Notes under the pieces: model-generated | The model's database searches: none | The model's input: the letters and a program-made list of their open reading frames with translations, nothing else | What the model was told of the DNA's origin: nothing | In this document: piece after piece, positions 63,692 to 64,000 of the stretch | How positions within the stretch are numbered: the stretch's first letter is position 1 | Layout: the number at the start of each line of letters is the position of its first letter | Made by a program: the position numbers and the translations under genes | Source of the DNA: Porphyridium purpureum | Lineage: Eukaryota | DNA length: 64,000 nt | Direction of reading: 5' to 3' | Assembly: GCA_008690995.1 (NCBI GenBank) | Contig: VRMN01000003.1 | Location: 2,170,001-2,234,000, forward strand

Positions 63692-64000
63692 CTATTTACC
63701 ACCTTCCGTAGGGACTTCAGCCTCCAGGTCCATCCCAGGAAGGCGGTCGTGCATCACACAGATCCGCAGCGATTGAGCTCCTGGTCCGAATGTAGCCCCT
63801 GCCGTATCTTCAGAAAGGTACAGCGTCACCTCACGAGATTCTTGCTGACTGCTCAGGGCCACTCGCGTCATCGCAAGCACTGGCTGCTGCTCTTGTTTCT
63901 GCCGGTGAGCTGCGTACAACAGCACGTACCATACCGACGCGGATGCTGCCTCCTGCCCGCAGTCTAGCACTTCACGACGAAGCACGATGCGACACACATG
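63692..64000 (-). CDS. 3' end of a probable Sec63-domain protein (e.g. Ski2-like helicase ASCC3/Brr2 family)
   Basis: WYVLLY...VLAMTRVAL...LRICVMHDRLPGMDLE resembles the terminal Ig-like subdomain of Sec63 units. Frame open to the window end. Confidence 0.45.
   Translation of the reverse strand, partial: HVCRIVLRREVLDCGQEAASASVWYVLLYAAHRQKQEQQPVLAMTRVALSSQQESREVTLYLSEDTAGATFGPGAQSLRICVMHDRLPGMDLEAEVPTEGGK

Overview
Gene-dense, GC-rich eukaryotic nuclear DNA. No spliceosomal introns were needed to read any gene. Plastid-type transit peptides and this compact style suggest a unicellular red alga such as Porphyridium (inference only). Bases 1-51.3 kb hold about 25 housekeeping or regulatory genes: FTR1 iron permease, HemE, YAK1 kinase, inositol polyphosphate kinase, LMW-PTP, DUF547, a DnaJB12-like chaperone, an FkbM methyltransferase, a PtpB-like phosphatase, a P3A H+-ATPase, an R2R3-Myb, a DEAD-box helicase, RPC2, NKAP, a GNAT-glyoxalase fusion, QCR7, a bacterial-type IadA, mS35, a DDT/WHIM protein, RPC8 and a folate-biopterin transporter. 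The same region holds a tRNA-Ser(UGA) split by two introns (one in the D-loop) and a small cluster of related orphan proteins. Bases 51362-62851 are a nested pair of recent LTR retrotransposons. The outer element is the most unusual object in the window. It has gypsy-like Gag and protease, a -1 frameshift signal and copia-order INT-RT-RH. It also carries a TRF/telobox-like Myb domain directly after integrase and has non-TG..CA termini bounded by a 5-bp TSD. A Ty3/gypsy element with no recognisable tRNA PBS or PPT has inserted 5-9 bp from the end of the outer element's 3' LTR. The window ends with a nuclear bacterial-type rpl16 and the 3' end of a probable Sec63-domain gene. All family calls come from motif recognition; no database searches were run.
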